This document shows, in pieces, positions 50,775 to 62,308 of a stretch of 64,000 nt of DNA. Origin of the DNA: a virus; IMG/VR virus record IMGVR_UViG_3300045988_162375, positions 746 to 64,745 of that record, one strand, 5' to 3'. The translations under genes and the position numbers were made by a program. The notes under the pieces are model-generated. The model was not told where the DNA came from. It saw nothing but the letters and a program-made list of their open reading frames with translations, and searched no databases. Positions within the stretch are counted from its first letter, which is position 1. Each line of letters begins with the position of its first letter.

Positions 50775-52151
50775 ATGACTGCATTAGATTTTTTTTATGA
50801 TGAGTTTGTTGCATTTTGCAATAAGTATGATCTAGTGGAACAATTTAATAAAGGGTTGCAGATAAAAGGTTTTCCTTACGAGTTAAGCTGTAAACCCTTT
50901 ATTTTATCTAGGTTATCTCCAGAAATATTTAATTACTCTTTACATTGGGCAGAAACTCCTACCCCAAAATCACATTCATGGAGAGAAATTCATGATCTTT
51001 GGGCAGAAAAAAGTGCAAAGATAGAAAATAGCTTCAAGAAGAAATCAAAAGTATTTGAATCATTTCCAGTATACTACTTTAAGTATAAAGGATATGATTA
51101 TTTAGACTATGTTTCCGATTATATTAGGCAGTTATACTATGCAGATCAGTTAATTCCAGTAAGAGTTATAGATGTAGAACAAGTAGACGTAAAAAATGGA
51201 TGCCCAGAAGGTGTACATATTATTTCAAATATGTCCATGTGGGCATTAAAAATGGTGACTAAGTATAAGGGGGTTGTTGAATATAAGGAGTATGACTTAG
51301 GAAAGAACATTATTAGAATGTCTGATAAGTTTGCATCTATTATGAAAGCATTCCCAGCTGGATTATCTGCCATTCTAGAACTAAATCCTTCTAAAAAGGT
51401 CAATTATCTAGATATTGACTATAATACAGGCAAAGTTTCTTATCTTCCTATAGAGAAAACTCTTAAAAAGGATTTTGAGTCTGTACGTGCATATGCAGAT
51501 AGTAATAGGAAAACAACTACTATAGGACGATTACTCAATAAGTTCAATTGGGCCCCTTATCTAGATAGATGTGATATCGAAAGGATATCTAATTTTGTTT
51601 CTGGATATGGAGAAACTCTTAGTGTAGAAATTTGGGAACCTGAAAAAATACGTATAGCATATTTAGAAGATAATTATGCAGAAGAACTAAGATGTATAAA
51701 ATCTACATTGCATAATTCTTGTATGCGACATGCTGAGTGTCAAGATTTTTTTGAGTTTTATGAAAAAGCTGATGCAAAGATTGCTGTAGCACTTGATGAA
51801 AAAGGTAAAGTTTGTGCCAGAGCAATACTTTGGCAAATCAATGATTCTTTATACTTTCTGGATAGGATTTACTCAATTAGTCCTTTTTACTATGTAAAGT
51901 TTGCAAAAGCTGTTGCAAGTAAGGTTCCTATAGACTTTTATAAAGTAGATAGAACTATATACAATATAAAAACTCTCACTGAAGCAGAAATGCCAGTTTA
52001 TAGATTATTTAGACCGAAGTTAATAAATTATGAAGGATTGGTTCCCTATGTAGATACTTTCTATATATTTGATTCTACTTGTGGAGAACTATTGACTGAT
52101 GCAAAAATTTTTAAACTTCAAACTACTGAAGGAAATTTAATACATATATAA
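50775..52151 (+). CDS. hypothetical protein
   Basis: 458-aa ORF. Confidence 0.4.
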   Translation: MTALDFFYDEFVAFCNKYDLVEQFNKGLQIKGFPYELSCKPFILSRLSPEIFNYSLHWAETPTPKSHSWREIHDLWAEKSAKIENSFKKKSKVFESFPVYYFKYKGYDYLDYVSDYIRQLYYADQLIPVRVIDVEQVDVKNGCPEGVHIISNMSMWALKMVTKYKGVVEYKEYDLGKNIIRMSDKFASIMKAFPAGLSAILELNPSKKVNYLDIDYNTGKVSYLPIEKTLKKDFESVRAYADSNRKTTTIGRLLNKFNWAPYLDRCDIERISNFVSGYGETLSVEIWEPEKIRIAYLEDNYAEELRCIKSTLHNSCMRHAECQDFFEFYEKADAKIAVALDEKGKVCARAILWQINDSLYFLDRIYSISPFYYVKFAKAVASKVPIDFYKVDRTIYNIKTLTEAEMPVYRLFRPKLINYEGLVPYVDTFYIFDSTCGELLTDAKIFKLQTTEGNLIHI

Positions 52152-52152
52152 T

Positions 52153-52518
52153 ATGAAAAATGCACGTTTTTATTACAGTGTTCCGCTGAGCACTGTAAAG
52201 GTTTTAGTTGTAGGAACTCAAGATTTTATTCCTGATGATGTTGCTGGTTTTTACAAATCTTCAATTCAGCCTATGCCTCGAATTACTATTTGTAGTCTGC
52301 TTAATGAGGATCGTACAAAATTATCTTTTGGAGTAGCTGTATGTTCAGCTAAAGATCGTTTCGTAAAGAAGATTGGTCGTGAGTTAGCTTACAAAAGAGC
52401 CCTTGAACATCCTTTCAAAGTAGCTGAAGTTACTAAAGATAATATTCGTGAAGTACGAATGAATGTATCTCAGGCTATTGAAGGAGAAATATGGGCAATG
52501 CATCCTAAGAAATTCTAA
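52153..52518 (+). CDS. hypothetical protein
   Basis: 121-aa ORF. Confidence 0.35.
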   Translation: MKNARFYYSVPLSTVKVLVVGTQDFIPDDVAGFYKSSIQPMPRITICSLLNEDRTKLSFGVAVCSAKDRFVKKIGRELAYKRALEHPFKVAEVTKDNIREVRMNVSQAIEGEIWAMHPKKF

Positions 52519-52668
52519 TGGAGTACGAAATTATAATTCATGGTAAAGTTTCTACTAAAAATGTAGATAAATTCAAAGAATGCTTCGGAAAAGCATTAAC
52601 AGATAGTGAATCCACCTTTAGGGGGAATACTTATATCTATGAATTTACAGAATACGAAGAGGTAAAAG

Positions 52669-53082
52669 ATGATACAGAAAGCTAGGGAATTTACTGTTCC
52701 TATTCTTAATGTCAAAGTGTCAATCTTAATTGGAAGTCCACTATCCGTAGAAAGTTACCTTCAGGATGTTCATAACAAAGTATTCGGACATAGTGCACCA
52801 AATGTAGTTGCAGAAACCTTTTATTCTACTGAATCAGATGCTGATGAGTTTTTGTATATTGCATTATACGATGATACAGATATAAAAGATTCTGCATATA
52901 ACGTTATACATGAATGTCTTCATGCTGCTCATAAAATCTGTACTTTCAGAGGAGTTGAGTTAGATGAAGAGTTTCTATGTTATTTGCAGGGATTCTTAAT
53001 TAACAAAGTATTTGAATGTTTGAATGCTGAACTGATGGTAGTTACAAACCATCAATTGACTGCGGAGGATACTCTGCAATAA
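52669..53082 (+). CDS. hypothetical protein
   Basis: 137-aa ORF; 3' end overlaps RNase H gene in another frame. Confidence 0.35.
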   Translation: MIQKAREFTVPILNVKVSILIGSPLSVESYLQDVHNKVFGHSAPNVVAETFYSTESDADEFLYIALYDDTDIKDSAYNVIHECLHAAHKICTFRGVELDEEFLCYLQGFLINKVFECLNAELMVVTNHQLTAEDTLQ

Positions 53083-53459
53083 TAACTCAAAATGGTGAAG
53101 TTATAAAAAAACTTTACAGAGGTTATAGAAACACTACTAACAACCGTATGGAACTTCTAGGGGTCTTAGAATGTCTTAGATATTTTACAAACCCTGAACA
53201 AATAACCATATATTCGGATTCTCAATATGTAGTATCGAGTATTAACAACAAGCATCTTACCAAGTGGGTTGAAGACAATGATCAATCCAAAAAGAATCTT
53301 GATTTGTGATATCCAATTTATGAATTATTGAAGTTTCATACGGTTACTTTTGTGTGAGTAAAAGGCCATAATAATAACAAATTTAATGAGTTAGCGGATT
53401 TATTTGCAACTCATGCAAGTGATTGTTTAGATCTACCAGAAGATAATGGTTCATTTTAA
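53016..53459 (+). CDS. rnhA: Ribonuclease H (RnhA-like), 148 codons with 3 in-frame TGA
   Basis: MFEC-W-TDGSYKPSIDCGGYSAI...TNNRMELLGVLECL...IYSDSQYVV...NLDL-W-YPIYELL...VTFV-W-VKGHNNNKFNELADLFA. TGA falls at the two Trp positions conserved in E. coli RNase HI (DLW, EWVKGH). No ORF in track because of TGA. Confidence 0.6.
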
Positions 53460-53958
53460 GATTAAAAAAGTCGGAAACCACTGGTATCCATGTGTTAATC
53501 ATGAATATGACAGTGACATATCGTTGGATCCAAAAATTGAGAAATATCTCAATAACTACTCTGTAAAATCTGGATATGTGGATGAAGTTACAATAGAGTT
53601 GGAAGAGATTCCAATGATAACAGAAGATATTAATTTAATCTTCTTTAACGAGTCTGATATTACAAGATATTATACTACTGATGACGATTTCAATCTTAGG
53701 TTTGAAATCAATGACCATGAATTTGAGATTGATGCATATTTATTTGGATGCTTTGAATTGCAATTCAATTTAAATTTTCATGAAAATCTCTATAAATTAC
53801 ATATCTGGTAATGAAATATGAAATCAGGATAGTGCAGATTACTCCCAATGGTTGTTGTTTAGTATATGCTAAAGACTATGAGACCGATGAGGAAATTGAA
53901 GAGATGACAGTGTATAATAAGAAATTACGCTGTTTCATGACAAAGGAACGCAAAAACG

Positions 53959-54534
53959 ATGAAATTAAAAACTGAGGCACAGGAATCAACAGAGAAATTA
54001 GATATTAAGAGAAGGAAGTGTACTTTATCTGAGAATATTCAAAAACTTTTACTGCGGCAATTAAAACACGAGCTGTATAATCATAACCTCTATATGAGTT
54101 TTTCTAACTTTTATGGAGTGCAAGGATTAGCTGTTCTGGAACAGTATTATAAAGAACGTGCAGATGAGGAATATCATCATCATTCATGGATTCGTACATA
54201 TATGAATGAGAATGATGCAGCATATATTTACCCTGATATTCCTGCCATTAGTGAAACTTTTGAAGATAATGTAACGCCATTTAAGTTAACTGTAGATAAG
54301 GAGATTCAAACAACTCAACTTATTTATGAAATTGTGGATGCAGCTCTTGAAGAGGGGGACTGGGCCACTTTTAATTGGCTAAATGGAGATAACGATGAAA
54401 CTGGACGACTTGTTCAAGAACAAGTTGAAGAAGAATCAATCTCACGTACTGCTCTAGATATTGCTATGGAGGAAGGTTCTTGGCTTCGTAAGGAGAAATC
54501 CATTATGAATGCTTATAAAGGAGATGTTGATTAA
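53959..54534 (+). CDS. hypothetical acidic protein
   Basis: 191-aa ORF. Confidence 0.35.
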   Translation: MKLKTEAQESTEKLDIKRRKCTLSENIQKLLLRQLKHELYNHNLYMSFSNFYGVQGLAVLEQYYKERADEEYHHHSWIRTYMNENDAAYIYPDIPAISETFEDNVTPFKLTVDKEIQTTQLIYEIVDAALEEGDWATFNWLNGDNDETGRLVQEQVEEESISRTALDIAMEEGSWLRKEKSIMNAYKGDVD

Positions 54535-55264
54535 GTTACCCGAAGACATTAATGATCTATATTTCTGTGGTGATATTCATGGTAATTTAGATTATTTAAA
54601 GTATTTTATAAATACAGGAGTTGGATTCCCACAAAAGATATTTAACTCCTGTATTGTTTTATGTGGAGATGTAGGATTAGGATTTTCTCCTGATCTTGAA
54701 AGTATGAAGATCTCTTTCTTAAATAAGCTCTGCGAAAAAACTAATAATTATATTATCGCCATAAGAGGGAATCATGATGATCCTCAACAGTTTAAAAACC
54801 TTTATAACAAGAGATTCAAAGCGGTTGAAGATTATTCTGTAATTCAATATAAAGATAAAAATATCTTGTGTATTGGAGGTGGAACTTCTATAGATAGAAT
54901 CTATAGAAAAAATAACAAATGGGGATATTGGGAAGATGAAAAGATTGTTGAGTTGGATAATTTTGATTCAATTCCATATTGTCAAATTATCGCATCCCAT
55001 TGTGCTCCTACCTGTGCATACCCTTATGGAATAGGAAAGTTAGTAATGGAATTCTGTGATGGAGATGATTCATTACTGGAAGAATTACTTTGGGAGAGAA
55101 ATTATCTTCAAACTTGCTACGAAGAAATGTCTAAAAAAGGACCAGTAGAAGATTGGTATTATGGGCATTACCATAGTACTATGGATACTACTGTAGATAA
55201 TACGAGGTTTCATTTACTTGGTATTAATTACCTTTCTAGATATTGTTATAATGATTACAATTAA
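54509..55264 (+). CDS. calcineurin-like metallophosphoesterase
   Basis: LYFCGDIHGN, VLCGDVG, IRGNHDD motifs. Confidence 0.55.
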   Translation: MLIKEMLIKLPEDINDLYFCGDIHGNLDYLKYFINTGVGFPQKIFNSCIVLCGDVGLGFSPDLESMKISFLNKLCEKTNNYIIAIRGNHDDPQQFKNLYNKRFKAVEDYSVIQYKDKNILCIGGGTSIDRIYRKNNKWGYWEDEKIVELDNFDSIPYCQIIASHCAPTCAYPYGIGKLVMEFCDGDDSLLEELLWERNYLQTCYEEMSKKGPVEDWYYGHYHSTMDTTVDNTRFHLLGINYLSRYCYNDYN

Positions 55265-55570
55265 ATGTTGTTTAGTTGCAGTTCAGACTGGACAATATTC
55301 TAAATTGGTGTTTGAGGACCTTAATAGGGATCCTTGCGATGATTTAAAATATGTCACTGTTGTAATGCTTCCAAATTGAGACTATAAAGATACTCTCAAA
55401 ATTGGAGATACTGGATATCTGCAATTTGAAAGTGTAAAAGCTGGAGAAACTCAGTGATATAATAGAGAAATACAAGATTTTGCAGTTTATAAATTTAATG
55501 CTAATTATTTTATAAACTTCATTAAACACAAAGAGATAAATAATATGAAAGAATTTAAGTTTGATTAAAT

Positions 55571-56401
55571 ATGGATACAGAATTTGGAGCTAAGTTAAAG
55601 GAAGCTATAACGGCTAAAGACAATGATATTAATAGCTTGGTATGAAAAGACAAAACTGGTGTAAACATTCGTTTAATGGATATTTCCCAGAATGAACTAA
55701 AGCGATATCATCGTCATTGCGAACAAATGCTAACTAACAGGGACATTTACAAACCTGGTAAATTAGTAATTCGTGAAAACATCCAAAAATGTTGAGATTC
55801 TTGTAATGCTGAATTGTTTGCAAGATATTTAATGCATGATTGTGAGACAGATATTAAAACCAATAAAGATCTACTTGACTTTATCAATGTCCAAAGAAAA
55901 GCAAATAATGTAGATGTGGAAGACAGTATTTCAGTTTTATTTACTGGACTTCCTCCTATCTATGAGAAAGTTACTGTAGGGAAGTTAATGGATGTATGTT
56001 TTGATAAGCTTGATGTACTTAACAAAAAGATGATTACAGACAAGTTTATTATTGCGCAGGGAATCTGACTCACAGACGAAGAAAAACAAGAGCTCACAGA
56101 ATTAGAAACAGGGGGTAAAATTAGAAATCGAATGGAAGTTATCAAGGAAAGACTTTGTCTTAATCCTGATATTAGACTGCGTGTAAGTCCTACAGGACTT
56201 TCATTTGCTGAGTTTAGAGCTTTAATTCAACTTTCTGATCTCCCTAAAATATCTTCCTTGTCTACAATTGCTCTTAAAACTCTTAGAGACAAAGTTTTAC
56301 TGCTTTTGGACAATGATCTTGATTATCATATCAATAAATGGATGAAAATTAAGAAGGATATTGAACGAGTAGCAGAATATAAAAACTGGAATTTAGATTA
56401 G
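55571..56401 (+). CDS. hypothetical protein, 277 codons with 3 in-frame TGA
   Basis: Frame from ATG 55571 runs through TGA at ~55640, ~55784 and 56066, joining track ORFs 55814-56068 and 56132-56401; contains both TGG and TGA codons. Confidence 0.4.
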
Positions 56402-56426
56402 GTTCTGAAAATTAATTTTAGTAATT

Positions 56427-57356
56427 TTGGAACAAGTAAATACAACACTATTAAAAGCTCTATGCGAAATAGTACATCCTTCTAGACAGGAACAGTCCAT
56501 GATAACTTATATACTTAACTTCTGTTATACAATAGAAGGTATACAATTTGAAATGGATGATGAAAATAATCTTTTTATTACAAAAAATACTACTAATCCA
56601 GCGGTATATCCTTGTCTAGTAGCACATATGGATGAAATTCTACATTATACAGGTGTAAAATGTGCAAAAATTAAAGGAAATAAAATTTATGGCTATTATA
56701 AGAAGACAGGAAAACAATGTGGACTTGGGTTAGATGACTGTTTTGGCATCTATATTTGTCTACATTGTTTATATTGCCTTCCAGACCTAAAAGTTTGTTT
56801 CACAACTCAAGAAGAAATGGGTTGTATAGGAGCAGAAATTGCAGGTTTAAATATTGATTTCTTTGATAATTGCAGATTCCTGTTACAAGCTGATAGAATG
56901 GGAGGTCAAGATTTGATTACACATACTAATGGCATAGACATTACTTCAGATGAGTTTCTAGAAGATATAGATAGTCTTTTAGAAAAATATAAGTACAAAG
57001 AGGCACGAGGTACAATGACAGATGTTGGAACTTTAAAAGAAAACATTAATCTGTCTGCAGTTAATATTTCGTGCGGATATTATTGTGCTCATACACACAA
57101 AGAATATGGAAATTTAACGGAGTTAAATAATTGTTTAAATTTTATCTTAGAGATTATTAGGCTTAATGATAAAGTTTATGAACATACAGCTGATCTTTCT
57201 GGATCATATGCAAGGTATTCAGATTTTGATTGGCCTCCTGGAGAATCTAGGCATGTTTATGCTTACCAAGATTCTGATGAAGCTTTCTATGAAAATCTTG
57301 CAGATAAGTGTTCCAACTGTAAGACTTATAGATGTGATGAGTGCGGTTACTATTGA
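56427..57356 (+). CDS. putative M42/M28-type metallopeptidase-like protein with C-terminal zinc ribbon
   Basis: LVAHMDEI (H-x-D) and TTQEEMGCIGAE (EE-x-G) resemble co-catalytic metallopeptidase motifs; CSNCKTYRCDECGYY at C-terminus. Confidence 0.35.
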   Translation: MEQVNTTLLKALCEIVHPSRQEQSMITYILNFCYTIEGIQFEMDDENNLFITKNTTNPAVYPCLVAHMDEILHYTGVKCAKIKGNKIYGYYKKTGKQCGLGLDDCFGIYICLHCLYCLPDLKVCFTTQEEMGCIGAEIAGLNIDFFDNCRFLLQADRMGGQDLITHTNGIDITSDEFLEDIDSLLEKYKYKEARGTMTDVGTLKENINLSAVNISCGYYCAHTHKEYGNLTELNNCLNFILEIIRLNDKVYEHTADLSGSYARYSDFDWPPGESRHVYAYQDSDEAFYENLADKCSNCKTYRCDECGYY

Positions 57357-57364
57357 CGTGGCTA

Positions 57365-58585
57365 ATGGACAAAACTCAACGTCAACGATTAGGCGTTCAA
57401 AAATGAATTAATAATAAAGGAAATGGGATTTGGGTTTGAAGTACTGGTGTTGGTAAATCATTTGGAGCTTTAATGGCTTGTGTGAAATTACTAAAAATTA
57501 GACCAGATGCTAAAATTCTAATTTCTGTACCTACAACAATTCTCAAGGAACAATGACTAAGAGACGTAGCTAAAACTAAATTCTTTGGAAATGTTACTGT
57601 TGAGGTTATTAATTCTATTTTAAAAAAATCTTGAGAAGTTGATTTTCTAATAATTGATGAGCTTCATACTGCGGTATCGGAGCAGTCAATAAAAATATTT
57701 GATCAAGTTAAGTATGATTTCTTTCTGGGGCTTACAGCTACTTTAGAAAGACTTGATGGAAGAGAGGAATTACTATCTTTATATACTAGAGTAATTGATG
57801 TCATTACAACTGAAGAAGCAATAAAAAATGGATGATTATCGCCATTTAGGTATTACAAAGTTCTTGTGGAGGTTGATGACATGGATACTTATTATGTAAT
57901 GAACCAAAAGTTTAATTCAGTTTTTGCATTCTTTAATTTTGATTTCAGTTCTGCAATGAAATGTGCAACTGATCGAAAGTTCCGTAATAATTACGCTTAT
58001 AAGATGGGATATGATAGAAAGCAGGTTTTAAATGCTGCTATGGCGTGGATGCAATTAATGCAGAAGCGCAAAAAATTTGTTATGTCCCACCCTAAAAAGT
58101 TTGAAATAGCGAAAAAAATTATAGAAGCAAGAAAAGATAAAAAAATTATTACTTTTTCAGCCACTATTAAAGATGCGGAATCTTTAAAAGTTGGATATAC
58201 TCTTCATAGCAAAAAGAAAAAACAAGAAAACTCAGAAACTATTGCATTGTTTAAGTCTCAATCTTCAGGGGTTCTTAATACATCTAAAGCAGCTAATGCA
58301 GGATTGGATTGCCCTGATATAAATTGTGAGATTAGAATTAGTGGAACTAGTTCTGGAATTGATGCAAGGCAGATTTTGGGAAGGGGATTGCGTTATGTTA
58401 ATAATAAGATAACTGAAGTTTTTACTTTGGTTGTTAAAGGCACTAATGAAGAATCCTGGTTTAATAAGGCCCATCAAGGCATTTCATATATTACTATCAC
58501 TGAAGATCAACTTGACTTAGTTTTAAAAGGAGAAGAAGTAATCACAAGAAAACGAGATGATGTAATTACTAACTATAGATTTTAA
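57365..58585 (+). CDS. SF2 DEAD/DEAH-box-type helicase, 407 codons with 5 in-frame TGA
   Basis: MDKTQRQRLGVQK-W-INNKGNGIWV-W-STGVGKS (Walker A), LIIDELH (Walker B), continuing in frame into track ORF 57866-58585 with QILGRGLR motif VI. Confidence 0.55.
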
Positions 58586-58650
58586 ACAGTACTAAGTATC
58601 GTAATAACTGTAGGTACTTAGATTTGAATTTAACTTCCAAAACTATATAA

Positions 58651-59250
58651 ATGGAGTTAAATACAATACTTAACATAATGGCAGAATATCATATTAGTGC
58701 AGACGAACTGTTACTAATATGATTAACTCTCTATGCTCGGGATGAAGAAGGCCATTCTGAGCTTTTCTTAAAGTGGTGGACAGATTGTGAGGGAAAACAG
58801 AAACTGAAAACCATGTTTGAGAACCTAAAAGAAAAATCCATAATCAAGAAGAATTATAATCCAGAATCTTATGTTCCTAATGATATTGAATTTAATAAAA
58901 ATTTTCTAAAGAAGTATTATAAACAATCAGGAGTTCTTGGAAAAGAGCTATTTGATAACTATGAACCATTTATCCAAATTAATGGAAAGATGGCCAGTCT
59001 TAGAAATATTGCTAAGAAATTTTATACTTTAGAGGAATTTTACTTTTATTATTCTTCTCAAATAGGACATAATCCAGAAAAGCATAAAGAGGTGATGGAA
59101 ATTTTACGATGGGCTCGTGAAAACAAGCTTTGTAAAGTTTCTATTCTTGAGTTCGTTGCTTCTCATAAATGGAATGAATTTGCACAGATGAAGGCTGAAG
59201 GATTTAGTCCTGATGTTGGTACTTCTTTTGATGTTTATCAGGATTTTTAA
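58651..59250 (+). CDS. hypothetical protein, 1 in-frame TGA
   Basis: ATG 58651 in frame with track ORF 58813-59250 through one TGA. Confidence 0.35.
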
Positions 59251-60344
59251 TGGAGGATCTAAATTTACTTTGGCATTTAATTGAGCAAGGCAGAAAAGGG
59301 GAAAATAAAGGTTTGTCTGTAGGATTACCTAAATTAGACAAGATTATAGGTGGAATACAACCCTCGAGATACTATTGTATATCTGGAGCATCTTCTGCAG
59401 GTAAAACTGCTTTAGTTCTGTATTTCATATATCGGCTTTTTAAGGATTATCCTAAAGAACCTATATATCTTGTTTATTTTAGTTTGGAGATTGGTTCTGA
59501 AGTGCTACTAGCGAAGCTTATGGCTTTGTATTGTGCAGAAGAATTTGGAGTATATCTTACTATAAATGATATCCTTTCCTTTGATTCTATTCTCAGTGAT
59601 TCTGATTATCAGTATCTAAAGAAGGCAAGAGACTGGATTGCAACTCTTGGTTCCAGGTTAATTATTCTTGATAAGGGTCTTAATGCTCGCATTCTATATA
59701 AAGAGATTTGTGAGCTTATGAAGAAATTAGGTTCTATAGAAAATGTAGGAAATAAAGAAGTTTATGTTCCAAAACATCCTAGGCAAAGAGTAATTGGAGT
59801 TATTGATCACATGTCATTAATTAGACCAGAAGAAGGAAGAACCTTAAAAGCTGAAATTGATTTAACTTCGTCTTTTATGGTTACACTAAAACGTAAGTTT
59901 TATCTTTCTTGAATGGCTTTAATGCAGCAGAATAGAGAATCTTCTTCTATGGATAGAAGAAAAGCAGAACTTAATGAACCAGGTTTAAATGACGTAAAGG
60001 ATTCAGGAGGACCTGTTCAAGATAGTGATGTGGTTCTTCAACTATATTATCCTGCAAGAGACAAAATTCCAACATACCGAGAGTATAAAATTCTCGGACC
60101 TCATAGTTTAGCTGGAAGATTTAGAAGTATTATTGTATCTAAGAATAGATATGGTATTGCAGACAGAGTAATAGGATGTGGATTTTATGGAGAAGTTGGA
60201 TGGTTTAAAGAACTTCCACTAGGAAGAGATATTACTGACTTCACAAAATATTTGGACATTAACGCTAACATTAGAGGTATAGATACAACTGTAGTAGGTA
60301 CAGTAGAAATAGATAAGAACAACATCGTATATAGTTTATCATAA
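59250..60344 (+). CDS. DnaB-family replicative helicase (RecA-fold C-terminal domain), 1 in-frame TGA
   Basis: Walker A GASSAGKT; track ORFs 59250-59912 and 59913-60344 are joined by a single TGA; H4 region LMQQNRESSSMDRRKAELNEPGLNDVKDSGGPVQDSD matches DnaB. Confidence 0.55.
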
Positions 60345-60345
60345 T

Positions 60346-61083
60346 ATGTCTATTGTATTACCAACAGCGAAGGTTCCCGCTGAAACTCAGGATCCTAAAA
60401 ACTTAATTCTATTTGGACTTCCTAAAGTAGGAAAAACTACCATTCTTAGTACACTGGAAAATAATCTTATTCTTGACTTTGAAAATGGTTCTACATATGT
60501 AGATGCTCTTAAAGTTAAGGTTTCTAGTTTAAAAGAGCTAAAAGAGGTTATTAAAGCTATCAAGGATGCAGGAAAGCCATATACTTATATTACAATTGAT
60601 ACAATCACAGCCTTAGAAGAAATGACCAAAGATATGGCTCTTAAAATGTGGCAAAATTCTCCTCAGTTTACTACAAAGTATGAAATTAAGGACGTTACAC
60701 AAATTCCTAATGGAGCTGGATATAGTTTTTGAAGGCAGGCACTGGAAACAGTTATTGACTTAATTGCCTCTGCTGCTCCTAACTTAATTATTTGTGGTCA
60801 CGTTAAAGATACAGCATTATCTGAAGGTCTTGATGGATCTGTAAAAGATCTTGATCTTGTAGGTAAAACTAAAAGGGTATTATCTGCTAAATCTGATGCA
60901 ATTGGATTTGTTCATCGTGATGAAGAATCTAATTTGTGTATCAATTTTGGTATGAATGGAGAAGTACTTTGTGGTGCTCGTCCTGCTCATTTGGCAAATA
61001 AAGATATCATTGTAGCTGAGTATCAAGAAGATGGTACATTTGTATCTCATTGGGAGAGAATCTATCCCTCTCTGTCTAAATAA
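60346..61083 (+). CDS. RecA-like/AAA ATPase (Sak4-like?), 246 codons with 1 in-frame TGA
   Basis: LILFGLPKVGKTT Walker A; the ORF continues past TGA at 60730 to TAA at 61081. Confidence 0.45.
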
Positions 61084-61088
61084 ATCAT

Positions 61089-61589
61089 ATGTTTAAAGTA
61101 ACATTTGAATTTGATGAAACAACTAAGTCTATTAGTAACTTAAAGTGTGAGGAACTTAAGTCTTCAAAACCAAAGGTTAACTCTAATGGGCAACCAATCA
61201 TTGAAGTAGGAGAAAATAAGTTAATTATTTCTCCTGAAGCAGCCGCTCTAATCGGAGCAACTGCTGGAGATAGAATCTCAATTGCTTATTCTCAAAAATC
61301 TAATGAGGTAACTATTCCTCTTATTGGCAAATCTGAAATGTTTGCGGATAAAGATGCTGGGAACAAGCTAACTAAATCAAATACTGTTTCCTTTAAAGGT
61401 AAGCAAAGAACTATGCTATTACAGTATGGTTCTATATTCAAACTGGAACAAAGTACTAGAGATCAGGTATTTGACCTGATAGCAGTTACTGAAGATTCTA
61501 GTACAGAATTGGCTTCAGAGGAATTAAAAGAAGAGACTCTTGATTTAGATATAACAAATTTTGAAGAATTAGATAAATTACCTTTTTAA
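61089..61589 (+). CDS. hypothetical protein with acidic C-terminal tail ending LPF
   Basis: 166 aa, ...EELDKLPF. Confidence 0.35.
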   Translation: MFKVTFEFDETTKSISNLKCEELKSSKPKVNSNGQPIIEVGENKLIISPEAAALIGATAGDRISIAYSQKSNEVTIPLIGKSEMFADKDAGNKLTKSNTVSFKGKQRTMLLQYGSIFKLEQSTRDQVFDLIAVTEDSSTELASEELKEETLDLDITNFEELDKLPF

Positions 61590-61604
61590 TAAAAAATAAA
61601 TAAT

Positions 61605-62294
61605 ATGGGAATGTATGATGCTACCAGCGCGGCTCGTGCTGAGGTTAAACCCGCAGCGAGTTATTTGCGTGCAGGTATTCACAATGTAAGATTCACTGGT
61701 GTTGAGAAAGGAACTAGCGAATATTCAACAATTGATTTTTCCTTTGAGGGTGTTGATGAAGGAGAAGTAGGTGCTCTTCATAATGAGCGTATGTTCGAGC
61801 CTAAGTCCTCAGAACGTATGCCTAATCGTTTCAATTCAGCTATTACTGATCCTTCTCAGGCAGAACAGTTTATGTGTAAACTTATGCATATTATTGCTGC
61901 ACTAAATCCTGCTGCACATAAAAAGATTCAAGATGGGACTGCCAAGTTTGCACCAAGTGATTTCGACACTCTTATTAAACTGGTTAAGAAGATTCTCGAT
62001 CCAGTAGTTGGTACAGAGGTTCAGATTAAACTTCTGCCTAATGGTCGTTTCTGTGGTTTTCCAGGATTTCCTGCAAGAATCAGCAAGAATGGAGATCTCT
62101 TCTTGAGTACTTCATTCATTGGGCAGGATCTAACTTTATCTGCCTATGAAAAGGCACAAATTGATAAAGCAAACGCTGCTCAGCCTACTAATATGACTAA
62201 TACTGGTTCTGAACTCGACAGCATGCGTCGTGATATTGATGAATTGGAAGAAGAGAGTTCCAGTTCAATTGATGACGACGATTTGCCTTTCTAA
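61605..62294 (+). CDS. putative ssDNA-binding/annealing protein with SSB-like acidic tail
   Basis: 229 aa ending ...SSSIDDDDLPF (cf. SSB C-terminal DDDIPF). Confidence 0.35.
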   Translation: MGMYDATSAARAEVKPAASYLRAGIHNVRFTGVEKGTSEYSTIDFSFEGVDEGEVGALHNERMFEPKSSERMPNRFNSAITDPSQAEQFMCKLMHIIAALNPAAHKKIQDGTAKFAPSDFDTLIKLVKKILDPVVGTEVQIKLLPNGRFCGFPGFPARISKNGDLFLSTSFIGQDLTLSAYEKAQIDKANAAQPTNMTNTGSELDSMRRDIDELEEESSSSIDDDDLPF

Positions 62295-62308
62295 ATTTAG
62301 AAGTTTAG

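Noticed and set aside
50391-50778. Two overlapping small basic ORFs (50391-50648, 50593-50778)
   Set aside because: Lys-rich low-complexity. Could be one frameshifted gene or non-coding, with no supporting motifs
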